A DNA stretch of 64,000 bases, from NCBI GenBank assembly GCA_973895155.1, contig OZ316898.1, positions 3,658,480 through 3,722,479 on the forward strand, in the 5' to 3' direction. Origin of the DNA: Marsupella aquatica (taxonomy: Eukaryota; Plantae; Marchantiophyta). The translations under genes and the position numbers were made by a program. The notes under the pieces are model-generated. The model worked only from the letters and a program-made list of their open reading frames with translations. It made no database searches and was not told the DNA's origin. Below are positions 36,064 through 49,233 of the stretch, piece by piece (within the stretch, counting starts at the first letter, position 1; every line of letters starts with the position of its first letter).

Positions 36064-38658
36064 ACTTGTTAAATTTAATTTTTTTTCCCTGCTGCAATAA
36101 CAGAAGAGTCAACGTCCACTCTCAAAAAGAACCTACCTTCCTGTTTTCTACTTCTGCAACGAATCAACCTGTCACCAGCTGTTTGTCTATCCAAAGTAGA
36201 CGACAAAGTGAAAATCATCGATCAGTGGACTAGCTGTTTTACCATCCATATCATCCAAGTAGAAGACAAAGTAGATGGCGCCAAACAATCGCTGAGATCA
36301 ATTCTCCCACTAATTCACATCATGGAGAGAAGCTTCTTTCACTTTTCTCGACTTCGTGCAGTCTAATCTATAGTCGAGACTTTGTGTCTGCGACGATGGA
36401 AATGTCCCTCACCCAACGCTACCGATATCCGGACCCTTTCAAGCGTAACCTTTCCGTCCTGAAAAAATCTACAACAAACTATCAGCAGGCGGACAATGAG
36501 GATATGCCATGCGCCAAGGGGTCAAGATGCAAAGCTTATCAACAGCTCCACATGATCACCACACTCCATCGCCATTACAAAGACTCGGGAATTTGGAGCA
36601 AAATCGCCTTGCATCAAAGGGCAGAGACCCTTCCTTCGCTGCGGCCTATACCTGCTCCCAAACGAGCTCACAAGACAGCAAATGATGCTCTCAGTCGAGT
36701 AACGATGCGGGAGGGTTCTAATGGGTCATCACTCTGCCACTAAGTACCACAGTGGAGTAGGAGTTTCCGCACTATTTGGAGAAACTTGTCAAGTCCCGCG
36801 AAGAATGTCTTCATTTTCTCTGACGAAGGTAAAAGAGACAACCCTCCAATATCATGCTTATGCTGCTGGTTCTCCATTTTCACAATGTCAAATGACGAAC
36901 TACTGAGAGACCATCGAACTTTCCACTACTTGTTTTTCCCGGGCAAGACCACTTCTCGCCTACCCCCCCCCGATCTTTCACCAATGACAGGCATAACGAC
37001 AGGACCAGGAGAGACGAGCTATCAAACAGACTCGTCTCTTTCAGATATAAAACTTAACAACAGCAGAGCTTCCCAGAAAAGATCCCTCTCTCCCTTGTCA
37101 CGTCCCAATTCAATGAATCCGAAGTTGTGGAAGTCCAATTTCCAGCAAGTAAGTAGCGTTTCTTTTATTCCCAGAAGTCCAATCCTAAAAAGAACCGTCT
37201 CTTTCTCTAAGTCACGTACATTGGCTCCAACCTCTGTCAAATGACATCTCGCCTTCAAGTGTCACTTTCACCGAGTATCCCCCATAAACCATACGGACGT
37301 CATTTTGAGTCTCGACTGATCAAATCCACTTCCCCAGGCGCCCATGGAACGCAAGCGCTCAGCTCAAGCTAGCAGTGAAACCTGACCCTAAAACAGAAAA
37401 ATTTCGCACACACAATCTTCTCAAACTATTGAACATCTCCATCACAAAACGTTCACGAACCCCTGAATCTCTCACCACACCGCATCAAACTCCACCCCAT
37501 ACAGGACTGCAGATCGGGAAGAAAACAGGGCAAAGAAGGACACGCACCTATCGAACGGCAATCGCCTCAGAGAAAAGCTCAGCCCATCCACAAGCTCAAC
37601 CTCGTCGATGCGGCGCAATTCGACAATGCGGGTTTTTCTTCGAGCTCGATGTTCGTTCGCAAGAGAAACTCCAATCACGCGGTTTTTGGCGGACCTACTC
37701 ATTTATCTACCTTCTTGGACCGCTGGACCTGCCCTCCTGACCGGCGCATCCGGTGGACCTTTTCCCGGACTCTCGCTGACGGGTGCCTCATCGTACCCGT
37801 CCAACCCCCAACCGGCGCCTGGGATTCTCCCACGTGAGCACGAAGTATTCCGGTTGACGGGAAGAAACGAGGGTTTCTTGTTTCTTCCACGTCAACATTC
37901 CAAGTTGGTCTCCAACTTGCACGCCGTCGCGGTTTTACACCGGGGAGAAATCTACGGCCGAAATCTCCCCAGAAACGCAATGCACCCACGATGGCCGTTG
38001 GATGGCGTCGCGTATCTGCTCGGCTTTGCATTCGCCGGTGATAATATAATCTTTTTTGAACTGTATTATTTAAGTAAGAATGATGTTTGAAGATGACACA
38101 TATGTACTTCGATAGGCTATCCAAGCAGCTTTGGAACTATGATTTCGTGATATTATACTGGAATATGGCTAATGCTGATTGGTCGATAAAGTCGAGTTCC
38201 CATTGGTCTGTAGAGAATCATTCCAGAACTATCAGAAGCCCTGATTGGGTGGAATCTCATCAGTCCCATTGTCACTGAATTACACTTGTGGAGATGAGAC
38301 TCGAGCCCCGACGCTTGTCATTTCTAAAAAATGGTCCATTCATGACAGTTCGGTACTCTCCGCTCAGATACTGTTTTTCTACTGCTGCTACGGTTGAAAA
38401 TTATTACCATAACTTGTTACTGTAGATGAAAAGACGAAACATACACTTCCTCAAGGTACGCTTTGTTAGGTTTGGCGCAATAACACTAGTGAGTGGATTA
38501 ATTACTTAAATGCCCTTCTTGATTTTTCTGTTGTAATTGTCAGGGCATTTAGAAAAGAATGCAGACTCAAGAATTTTCTGCTTGTAAATTTCAGGGCATT
38601 CGGAATATAATGTACCCAAGATTTGGATGGGTTCAAGATAAGAAGCTAGATCTCTATC

Positions 38659-39891
38659 ATTAATCATTCATTTCCAGGATGGCTCTCAGTGATTCGGCTG
38701 ACACGTATAGTCTCTTATTGACTCTAACACATATTCAGATCTATGCCTCGGCCGAGTATCTGTTCTGATCTTTTGGGTTGGTCTCTTAGCATGTAGAAAA
38801 GCATCTCATAGCGCATACAAATTTTGGTATGAGTATTCTCTAGCTGGACCGATCTGAATTTGTCTTCTTCGACCTTTCTGAGATCGCCATTATATGCATT
38901 TTCCAGGATGTGCTCGTTGGAACTGTCTTGGACCTATGCCGGCTCCTCTCTCCACTGACCCTATCTCGGCTGCATCTGGTCCTCCCGTGAATTTCATATT
39001 TGGCGGAGCTCCGAATCAGTCACCCGGATCTCCAGCCATGTCATTGCAAGTGCAGTGGATGATCGGTGGAATGGATTCATCAATGTGCTTCTGTTTGGAC
39101 TCATCTCCTCGCTCTGTGATCTGACTTTCCTCGCAGAGCTACTTCTCACCGGTCTCATGAACCTCCTCAATCAGTATGCCCAGCCGAGCTCTTCTCAGCA
39201 TTAACAAGCTTCAAATTGAGAACAAATCAGGTTACGCCTATGAGAATCCCCCTGATTCTTTTCTGATTCTCTTGGCATCCAGCGGGACCTAGGCATTCTC
39301 GCAGACATTTACGACTTTCATCTGCAATCGGGAGATTGTTGCAGAGGTGCAGCAGGGATTGGGAGTGTCTCCCTTGCTCTTCTCTAACTATCAGAGGCTG
39401 TGAAGCCTGGCTGGATTCGTAGTGCGGACAGGCAGCATGATCTCAGCTCCTTTGGATGAGTTTCCTATATTGACTACAGTACGGGAGCAGACGCGTTATG
39501 GGATTCTTTGTTGGGTCCCGCGGGTTTCATTGACTGTTGGGGCCGTGATTCTGGGTCGGTGGGAGGCGGGGTCGGACTCGTCTGCGATGGTTCCGAGCGG
39601 CCGTCCCGGTCTTTGTGTGTTTGGCTGTTTCCGGGTTGCCAGCTGGGCACCACGGTCGATAGTAGATTGCTTTCGGATCTTGGGGGTTGCGCCCCTGGGT
39701 TGCCTCCTTCCTCTTCAGGCAACAGGATGTAGTGGTTTGGTCCTTTCCCTTCTCTGGGTGTGCCCCCTCTTTTGGCCCCCTTAATTGTTTTTTTCTTCCT
39801 GCCCCCCCTCTCCTAGGCGGTTTTTGTTCTCGTTTCTCCTTGGAATAAAGTTTCATGGGCTCGTCCCAAAAAACCAAAAAAAAAAGAAAAG
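38659..39891 (+). mobile_element. Non-LTR retroposon insertion (5'-truncated LINE-like, 1233 bp) with 19-bp TSD and poly(A) tail
   Basis: TSD AAGAAGCTAGATCTCTATC at 38640-38658 and 39892-39910. AATAAA at ~39844 followed by an A-rich tail (39868-39890). The empty site is present in copy A (~9477-9495). Confidence 0.88.
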
Positions 39892-40119
39892 AAGAAGCTA
39901 GATCTCTATCTTCAGTGCATTTTTTCCTCCAATCATACAGCTCATTCTGAGCCTCTCAAAAACATGCCAAAGGGTTCTCTGAGTTCGGTGGACATACCTA
40001 CTGGATGGGGACTCAGGCGAGAATGATCTGACTGCTGGTCAGAAAATTCAGTGTGTAGCGACCAAGTTCCTGGGAAGACTGCAAAACTAGGGTCAACAGC
40101 TCAGGATAATTCATATAGT

Positions 40120-43100
40120 ACTAAATTTGCCCGATCGCAAGCAGCTCTGCATACTAACCTTGGCCAGAAAACATGGCTTAGGGTAGCCAGGGCTGCTTTA
40201 CTCAAATTTGGTCTAAACCTGTGGATCACAGAAAAAGGCAAGGAGGTTGCATTTTCTCTTTAGTTTTTACTAAAACTAGTGAAAACAAACTATTTTTTGG
40301 CCTAAGTGCATTAATGCCTGGTTAGGAAAGCATTAGGGGCAAAAAGGTCATCACAATTAACTTTAAGCAATCCTCCCTAAATGATATTGAAAAGCTTTTA
40401 GTATCATGGCATCTGCAGGTTTATTAGCAAGATTTATTTTTTAAGATAACTAAAGGTGTGAGGAGCCCAAAAATGAAAGGAAAGTAAGCAAACTCGATCA
40501 GAAAATGTTTAAATAAAAACTTCTCAGGCCTTTAACAATATTAAGGTCCTGTTACCATAGCATTATGGGCAATAGCAGACCTCTAAATTCAAGCTGAAGC
40601 TATGGTTTTTGGCAATATACCCAGAATGCCCTTTACACATAACTTTACTTAAATCCTTTCAAAATGATTTGCTTTGCTTCCCTGAACTTTACGGAAGAGA
40701 ATGTTAATCACGGTATTTTGAGATGTGTTGGTCTACATCCACCTTTAAGTATTTTGTCTGTTAAGATTTTCTGTTGGTGTACTTTTGTTTAAATGTGCCA
40801 TAAAAAGCTGGTTCACCTGTATTGCTTAGAATCTAAATTATTGTGGCCCCTTTTTTAATGTTTGAATGTTATTAAACTTATACGTAAAGTAACTTCAACT
40901 GCCATCATAGCTCCTGGGTTAGCAGTAACTGCACTCTACCAAACCAAGAGGGACGCTTCCGAACGTAAACGCCCGACAACTAACATCGCAACCAACTACA
41001 AAGGAAACTTATTGAGGACCAAACTGTATTCACGTCCCAAAGAGGAGGTCGCTGGAGTTTGCACCTGCCAGGGGGCCCTTGCACTTCTGACTCCGCATCG
41101 CCCGCTGTATCTAGCTGCGCTTCCAGGCTACGAGTGAGAGTGTTGGAAGAGCCGACATGCTTCACTGAATAGAGGGCAAGGGGTACCTTTGGCCTTCGAC
41201 ATTCCAATGCATCATAGAGCCTACATCGCAGGCATGAGAAGCGATGCAGATTTTATGGACGCCGGTGGGGAAGAATTGATTGAGCGGCGATATATGAGAA
41301 GTGCGCAGGACCCGGCGCGGGAGGAATTTTGTGTGGTTCGGTGGGGAGAAATTGTGTTGTTGGGTGAATTAGCATCCAATGCATCGTAGAGCCTATGTTG
41401 CAGGTATGAGAAGCTATGGAGATTTTATGGACGCTGGTGGGAAAGAATTCATATGGGAAGTGGACAGGAGGAATTTTATGTGGTTGGGTGGGATGCAATT
41501 GTAATCTTAGGTGAGACGGCACGGGAAATTGTTGCACGAAGGGATGGATGAACCCGATAGGCATCAAGCATGGCTGCTAGGCTCACAAGGGATGAATCTT
41601 GGTCACAATCGAGGTCACTACAAAAGCTTGAAGCTTCTCTCAAGGATCGCACTCTATGCATTCCATTGTGGATCAACACACCCTAGCTCATTCTCTGTCT
41701 ACGCACTGCTTTTTGTAATTTCTACAGGCACTCTACACTCTTTTGAGGACTACGATCAATAGGTCACTATGTCATCGGTCCATAGAAGTAAGAAAGTCCA
41801 CTCTAAGTCCTAGTCAGGCTTGATGCTCACAAGTATTATATTTCCTATGGCTGACCAGTGAATTGGAATTTGTATGTTGTGCTAATTGAATGTAATCCTA
41901 GTTCAATTGAAAGTCTGTTCAATTTGCAATTCTAATTACGTTTGGAATGATTACCGGCTTGCTGTTTCTGTGATCGACAGGAATGCCAACCATGAAGCAA
42001 GTTGCTCGCAACAGGGACTTGGAAGGGCACGTGCAACTTGGATCTGAGTTGCCTCCGCTGATCGAGCTCACTGAACTGATTGAAAGTCGGAGTGAAGTCA
42101 GCAGTGAATCTTCTGACAACAGCTACAAGGCTTTCACTCACAACAACCAGGAGAACATTGACCCCAACCATAGTTGTGGCTCTGAACCTGAATGGATGAA
42201 AGAGCACAATCCAAATGTGCTTCCTCCTGCACCCATGCAAGCTACGAAGTCTCAAAGGAAGAGGACATTGGTGGATTCCATCCACTTGAGCACTCTGGTG
42301 GCAGCTTATTCGATGGCTTTCAGTGATTACTCCAAGGGCAGGAAGCAAAAAGTGAACCAATTGGTTCCAAGTGTTGTTTGGAAGAAGGTCTACGAGAAAT
42401 ACATTCAGAAGTATCCCCAATCTCCCTTTGCTGAAGACACATTAAAAGAGAAGCTTCGTGATGCTTTGAAGGAGTTGAAAACAGGGACTTCAAACGAGGA
42501 GAATGGAGACCGTGTTGCCTTGCAAGATGAGGAGGCCTTTTAGCGTCTCCAAACAACCGATGGTCATGCAAAGAGGAATGTCTTAAAACGGAGGCAGAGC
42601 ATTATTGATGGCACTGCTTCGATTCCTGACATTGCAGCACCTGCCCCCCCAGTTGAGCCACGAGTTCCATCACCAGCAACCCCACAGTATGTTGTTCGGG
42701 ATGGCACCAGCGCAACCAAGCCACCAGATGCCCCATCAAAATTCAATGAGAAGGTGCACATGACCAAAGGACAGATGTTGATGAAACAATCAACCAGCTT
42801 TGCAGCATTGGCAGAAGCCTTCACTCAGTCCAATGTGAAGAGAGAAGCTTATCTAGAGAAGAAAATCTCGCTTGCTAGAGATAGACAGAAGAAGAACCAG
42901 ATTGAAATTTTGAAGAATGCTTTAGATTTTGGGGTGCTCACCGATGAGGAGTTCAGGCATCAGGTTAAGCTTGTCATAGGTCAGATTGGGTTGTAGCTAG
43001 ATTGCATGGTTTGGTACAGACTGTTACATGGGAGCCACTTGTTCTTATGACAACATTACCGTTGTGTCTCCGATTGGCTGACATGTGTCTCTCCAGTTCG

Positions 43101-45152
43101 AACCAGGTTGTATTCTCCCGTGTTACTTTAACCCAAGAGCAAAGTTTATCGAGTTTACGGAAAGGAATCAAATCTGCCCAAGCCTGAATATTGGAGGAAG
43201 AAATGCATGATGAATTTACGGATAAGTTTATTATCCTAAAGATTTCCTTTCCCACTGTCCATCCAGGCCCTTTAGCAAATTTAATGGACATTTTGCCAAT
43301 GGATAAATTCAATCTCTTTTGGTGAAGGAGAGAGAAATAATACTTAGAAATGTGTACATTTCTTGTTAGGGACCTAGTGAGAATTTTCTTCCAAAATTCC
43401 TGGATGCATGTGTGACCACATCAGCATGATGTGTCACAAACAACAACTATAAAAACAATGGAAACCTGAAAATTAACATTTCAAGTAAACAAAGAAAATG
43501 GTAAAATATGGGTGAAAGAAAATACTATTTGGATGAGTTGTGATTGATATATCGTTGTTTTTTGCCCAGTTTATGGTAATTGGTTTCAAGTTTTCTATTT
43601 AATTTACACATTTATGAAATAATGACAAATAAAAAGAAACTCTTGAACTATTCTAACATTTACCAAGGTAACATAACAAACCCAATAAACTTATCAACTT
43701 CTCTAACAACTACCAAGGTAACTTAAGAAACCCTTTGCCTACTATGGATGGAGGACTAACAAGCAAAGATAAGAAACACCATAACTACTATGGGTAGAGG
43801 ACTAACAAACAAAGATAAGAAACACCATAACTACCAGGCATGGGTAGAAGAATACCAAGGGACTTTAAGACCTTTCAACTATTATGGACAAAATAATATT
43901 TTGCATGTCTTGAACTATATGGAATGTTGCATGTATTGTATAGACATAAAGATACTAAGGAAAACATTTTGCCTGAAGAAATTACTTTCTATATTATCAT
44001 GAATGTACTTTTATTTATCTTGGATGAAATTGTGCTAACTACCTTCAAAATTTATTTCATTTAGAATGCTTCATTTAATCTTTTCCTCTCATCTATCTAT
44101 TATAATGTGCAACTCTTCATAGCTCCAAATAGTTCAACAAACTAAGCTTACATAACCAAGGGGTTCACAAACAAATTTTAAGTTCTCCTTATACTTTTGT
44201 TACTTAAGTTCATTGGTTTTTGTTTTCATTACCAAGGCAAGTGAATATTTATGTGCACAAGATTGATTGGAGTGTCATTAGGGCAAGTGTGAATGTGTAC
44301 CTTTTATGTGCACTACCTTTCAAGATTTGTGGGATTAAGAACAAACTCAAGATTGAGGCTAATCAATGGGATTAGCATTGATTAGCCCTGTACCTGGTTG
44401 CCCAGTGCCCAATATTTTTGACGTTAGTATGAGAATACATACCTGGAACGAATCAGTTTGGACACCAGTTGCCCCAAGGCTGGGAGGTAGAGGAGCTCTT
44501 TGGGATACGACAGGTCCCAGGTTTGAGTATGGTGAACAACAATAGATGCTTTTGTCATTCACCGCACCCGAAAGTGGGGATCATTTGCACACTAGTCACA
44601 CCTAGAACAAGTGTGACTATGAAAAAAGGTCGGGCAGCAAGTGCAGGCAGCAGGCGAGTACTGGAGGCTCTCATTATGAGCCTCGATCTTGTCTTAAATT
44701 GTGAATACTTAAATGGGCTGGTACTTTCCCTTTCCACTATGTGAAATGTACTTGCCGTTGGCATGTGGTGTACTTTTACTTTTGTATTTTATACTCCTCA
44801 TTTTCATCAAATACGATGCTCTATAAATCATTACAAGACTTTTAATCTTGTATTTTATCCCACTCACTCTCCTCAAATAGTATGCAATAGCCATCTATAC
44901 ATCATTATAAGAGACAAAAAAATGACATGTTCGAGATGAACATGCTACAATAATGGAGAAAGTGAAATCTCACCTTCCATGAAATTTGGGTTTGCCTTTG
45001 GGTATTCAATTGTGAAGACAGGAGAAAAACATCAAGAGATGATAGCAATATTTCAGAGGGTAAAGTGTAGTAACTTCTTCACAAGCTTTCTTGTTGCATA
45101 ATAGTATTCTTATTTATGATTGTAAAGTATTTTTTTAATTTTGCCGAAACCC
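40120..45152. mobile_element. ~5-kb copy-B-specific insertion, probably DNA-transposon-derived; superfamily and ends not determined
   Basis: Absent from copy A between ~9815 and ~10862. Contains a Myb/SANT-like ORF, internal duplications (41205-41510; 43741-43835) and AT-rich spacers. Confidence 0.5.
41983..42996 (+). pseudogene. ~337-codon ORF with one in-frame TAG; Myb/SANT (trihelix)-like domain, coiled coil and SHOCT-like C-terminus (transposon accessory-like protein)
   Basis: ORFs 41983-42543 and 42754-42996 share a frame, and the interval is open apart from TAG at 42541-42543. VWKKVYEKY...EDTLKEKLRDALKEL resembles a trihelix; EILKNALDFGVLTDEEFRHQVKLVI resembles SHOCT. Confidence 0.55.
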
Positions 45153-48100
45153 ACATTAACCTCAAAACTGGGGGGAGTCATTTTTTGTGACATAATAGCC
45201 CTCTGTGCCCTTCAAAGATAGTGTTACAGTTAATGGGACTCTAGTTTCACCTAAATGGACAGGGACTGGTGGGCAGCTTCTAAGACTGGTACCCAGGGGT
45301 TCTAATAAATGTGTTTATAGCCAACCATCCAGTGAATCATGGAGGATTGAGAAGTTGTAACTTGAACCTCCTCTAGCAGGTCAAAACCTGGGCTTACATG
45401 TCAAGTAAAGCATCTTCACAAGGGTTTCTAACTGCTGCAAATTGTAACACAAACAAATTTGAGGTTTGGATTACTGTATGTAAAGGCTCACCCTGACAAA
45501 TCCTTTATTAGCAACCTACTTTTGCAAGTAGTGCTTGAAAACTACGGCTTTGTATGCTTGCATACTTTCACCAGTTGAAACATTAGGGCATCTCAAACTT
45601 CTGGTTTGGACTGTGGTCATATAGTTCACCAGGTTCAAACATTATGGCATCTCAAAGCTCTTGGTTTGGACCTAGGTCATGTTCACACAGGTTTTCCCAG
45701 AATTAAAGTGTCAGAACTAACACGGAGGACTCACACATAAGAGGTTTACCACTTGTGACTGAAATCTAAAACTCATCTTTCAGACAAGGGATTTTTTTGT
45801 GGCCCTTCAGGTTTAAGAGGCCGTATTGGAATCTACCTCAGGTTGGCCAACATTTAGCTCATTCAGGACGTCAGAGTGCACAAAAAGCAGCCTCTCAAAA
45901 CCAACTAGAGTAGATTTGTCTGTTTGATTGAAGTCCGTCCTAGTTTTGCTGGGATACCCTTGTGTTGCTGGGTAGGAATGGCTGGCATCATTTGAACAGG
46001 AATACAGTTTCAGAAGTGGTCGTTTGTCAAGTCAGGTGGCTTTGACTCTCGATCATATTCTGACCTCATAATCATGTAAAGATGAGGTCAATGAATCTGA
46101 TGTCGAAATCTCACTTCAATTCCTGCTAGCTCCACTGTGAGCTCAGTGCCTCGCTCTGGCTCAAAGATTATGAGTGATTTAATGACCCTGTGGGTTGCAT
46201 TGTATGACTGGGGATATATCTATCTACAGAATGTGAAGGAAAACAAAGTTTACTCCATCGATCACAATTCACGACAAACATATCACTCGATCCCAGTTTG
46301 TGGTCTCCAGTGTCGCTAGGAAAGATTTCACTTCTGTTGGGTGTGTCAATTTCACAAAAAGATTTGGAGGTTCACTGGTTGACCTAAGCACTCTTAGTCC
46401 GAGAAGAGGCTGAAAACATACTTGGAAGATAGTCGAACCTACTGACGAGTCTGGAGCAGCCTTCATTTTACTACTGTATAAAGATCGCTTGTGTCGCACC
46501 ACCTCGTGTATTCTGCCTTGCCAAGACCCATGGAGAGGTCTTAGGGAACTATATTTTGTGTAAGGGATTCCAGGATGTGGTGATCGAGTGAGTTGGCCAT
46601 AGTTTACAACAGATAACTATTGCCAACACCACTTCCAATAAGCTGTGACCTGATCAATACGCAGATTTCTCCAGTCTCTCTCTGCAAACGACTCGTGCTG
46701 ACAGGAGTTTCTTTGTAGCAGAGACAGCCGTGCGACCACAGGATAAGGTTCCCAATTGAAAAGCTATGGCGACCACAATATCAGGATCGGTCATCTATCT
46801 GTCTATCCAAAAATAAACCTTTTCCCATGAACCTGTCCACTGACATTGAGGCCTTGCCCTAGAACTGCAATTACGATGTGTCGGTTGCTTGAGCTCAGTT
46901 TCACTGAGATGAGACTCGATTCAAGTACTATTGCTGGTTTCAAAGGGAGGTTCCGAGAGAAACAGAGTGGAATAAGAAGGTTTGTATCCACGAACTTCGA
47001 CATAGTAAACCGAGTCTCCACTGGACTAAATAAGGACAAACTGATCTAAACACCATACACAGAATTCTCTTGCCACAGGTAGTGATTGAAAACGTCACCC
47101 ACAGAGACATCCGAAAATTCAGCTCGGGAAGTAGTCGTTACAACTCCTGACAAGCGGTCTGCTTGATGTAACCAATCACAGATCAGTTGACCTCATGGAA
47201 GTGGTTGCCAGAACTCCTGTCAGTACAATTTCTGTCAGGTTACTTGTTTCCTTGATTGCAACGAGTTGACGGAAATACAAAGTAACAAATAGGCGAACAG
47301 CTCTTCAGACGCAACATATCAGTCCTTATACTCGATCCTTCCTCTTCACTTCAGGTGCTCTCAGAACCCAACTCCACGTTCAACTTTCACCAGTGGTGTG
47401 AAGGTCTTCCATCAGTATCTTATCAAATTAAACAGCAGCGAAAAAATAATTAAATTCTGCTTCTTCCTGAACGAGACAATTTTCACAATGGCTGTTTCAT
47501 CAATTGACGGAGTAAATTGAATGCCGGAGACTGCATAACTTCCTTTAGCCATGAGTGAAAAAACTTGTGGAACCTTCTGATAAGAAAGGATGATAAGAGA
47601 GGGTCTGCCAACCCGAAACTAGGTCGAGGACCTCTAAGCATAAAAACAAAGAAAGGACATAGAGATAGAGGCCAAATACACTTATATCAAGAACGTTGAA
47701 AACTGTAAAGGCGGAGAAGGTCATCGTTAACAGATCCTGGTAGACCTTAACAGATGAGCTAATATTTTTATAACAATTCTAAATGTGGTTGTCCATGCCT
47801 ATTCCTCTGTTTTTTTTTCTGTGGGTCATATTCACGAACCCTATCGGGTAACAATAAGCAGTAGTACTATTGTACACCTTTTTAAACTTCGCTGGGCTTA
47901 ATCTACGTACCCTAAATCCTGCAAACTAGTCAATTAAGGGAATCTAAGAAACTAAGGGAATTTTCAACCACGGACCACATATAACAGCAAATACATTACT
48001 CCTACGCACATAACCAATCCACGGAGAAAATATCTTGAATGCCTGGTGAAGACCAGATGCCAGGACCTGTAATAAAAGTATAAAACCATCTTCAACCTGT

Positions 48101-48375
48101 TCTGCAACGGCTTTGACTATGACTGGTGAATGGGAGTGAAACTCTGTCAGTAAAGGCCCTGCTATGAACCATTAGCCATTTGAACTACAACACCTTGACT
48201 TTGCCTGGTCAATGGGAGTAGGAATCTATGTCATAAGATCTTGCAACGATCCATAACGCATTCAATTTGCAACATCTTTGACCGTGCCTAGCGGAGGGGA
48301 ACCAAAATCTGTGTTGGTAAATCCTCATCCATTGCCAAAATGACGTAAGATTCTTGAGGGCAATGCTTACAATTT

Positions 48376-49233
48376 TTACTGTCCTGCGTGGCCCTGCAAC
48401 AAGCCGTTGCGGATCTGATCCGCAATATCCTTGACAGCTCCTGGCCCATGTGGGATAAAAACTGTGGAATTCTTGGAACTTGCTCCGATGTCCCTCATTG
48501 TGTCAAAGTATTGAGTAACCAAAACCATGTCAAGAACATCCTTGGCACTTGTCCCGGGAACCTTATCAGAAAATGCCACAACGCTCTCCCTCAACCCGTC
48601 AACAATTGCTTGACGCTGCCTTGCAACACCCACTCCTGACAAATACTTCGCCTCTGCTTCTCCTTCAGCTCTCTTCACCTGCAATATCTTCTCCGCCTCT
48701 GCTTTGTCACGAGCTGCCACCCTCATTCGAGCAGCTGCATTAATTTCATTCATGGCTCGTTTGACAGAAACGTCAGGCTCGATGTCGACGATTAAAGTCT
48801 GCACAATTTCGTACCCATAAGTCCGCATGGCCTTCTCCAGCTCACTCTCCACATTCTTGGCAACCTCGCTCTTCTGCTCAAACACATCATCGAGTAACAT
48901 CTTCGGAACGCTGGCTCTCACAACATCAAACACGTACGACTGAATTTGAGACTTAGGGTTAGTGAGTTTGTAGAAGGCATCGTAAGCGGAGTCCTTGATC
49001 GCTCGGTATTGGACGGATGCAACCACAACCACGAAAACATTGTCCTTCGTTTTGGTCTCGCAGCGAACATCCAGCTGCTGCACCCGCAGAGAGAGAAAAC
49101 CGGCAACGTTGACTCCACAACACCACGGTACACAGTGACATCCTGGCTCAATTATCTCATCAAACTTTCCGAATCTCTCTTTCACCCCGACGGTCGACTG
49201 GTCCACCTGCAGACAGCCCAGTAAATTACCCAT
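48376..49233 (-). CDS. HIR: Hypersensitive-induced reaction protein (SPFH/band-7/PHB domain), 285 aa, intronless CDS
   Basis: Starts MGNLLGC (N-myristoylation/palmitoylation-type). Contains [40 protein letters not shown] and [11 protein letters not shown]. Length is typical. A probable 5'UTR intron lies at ~49340-49506. Confidence 0.97.
   Translation of the reverse strand: MGNLLGCLQVDQSTVGVKERFGKFDEIIEPGCHCVPWCCGVNVAGFLSLRVQQLDVRCETKTKDNVFVVVVASVQYRAIKDSAYDAFYKLTNPKSQIQSYVFDVVRASVPKMLLDDVFEQKSEVAKNVESELEKAMRTYGYEIVQTLIVDIEPDVSVKRAMNEINAAARMRVAARDKAEAEKILQVKRAEGEAEAKYLSGVGVARQRQAIVDGLRESVVAFSDKVPGTSAKDVLDMVLVTQYFDTMRDIGASSKNSTVFIPHGPGAVKDIADQIRNGLLQGHAGQ

Noticed and set aside
33817-49233. 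SIRB + HIR + small-TM gene as a functional gene cluster
   Set aside because: No known shared pathway; adjacency and repetition are explained by the tandem duplication.
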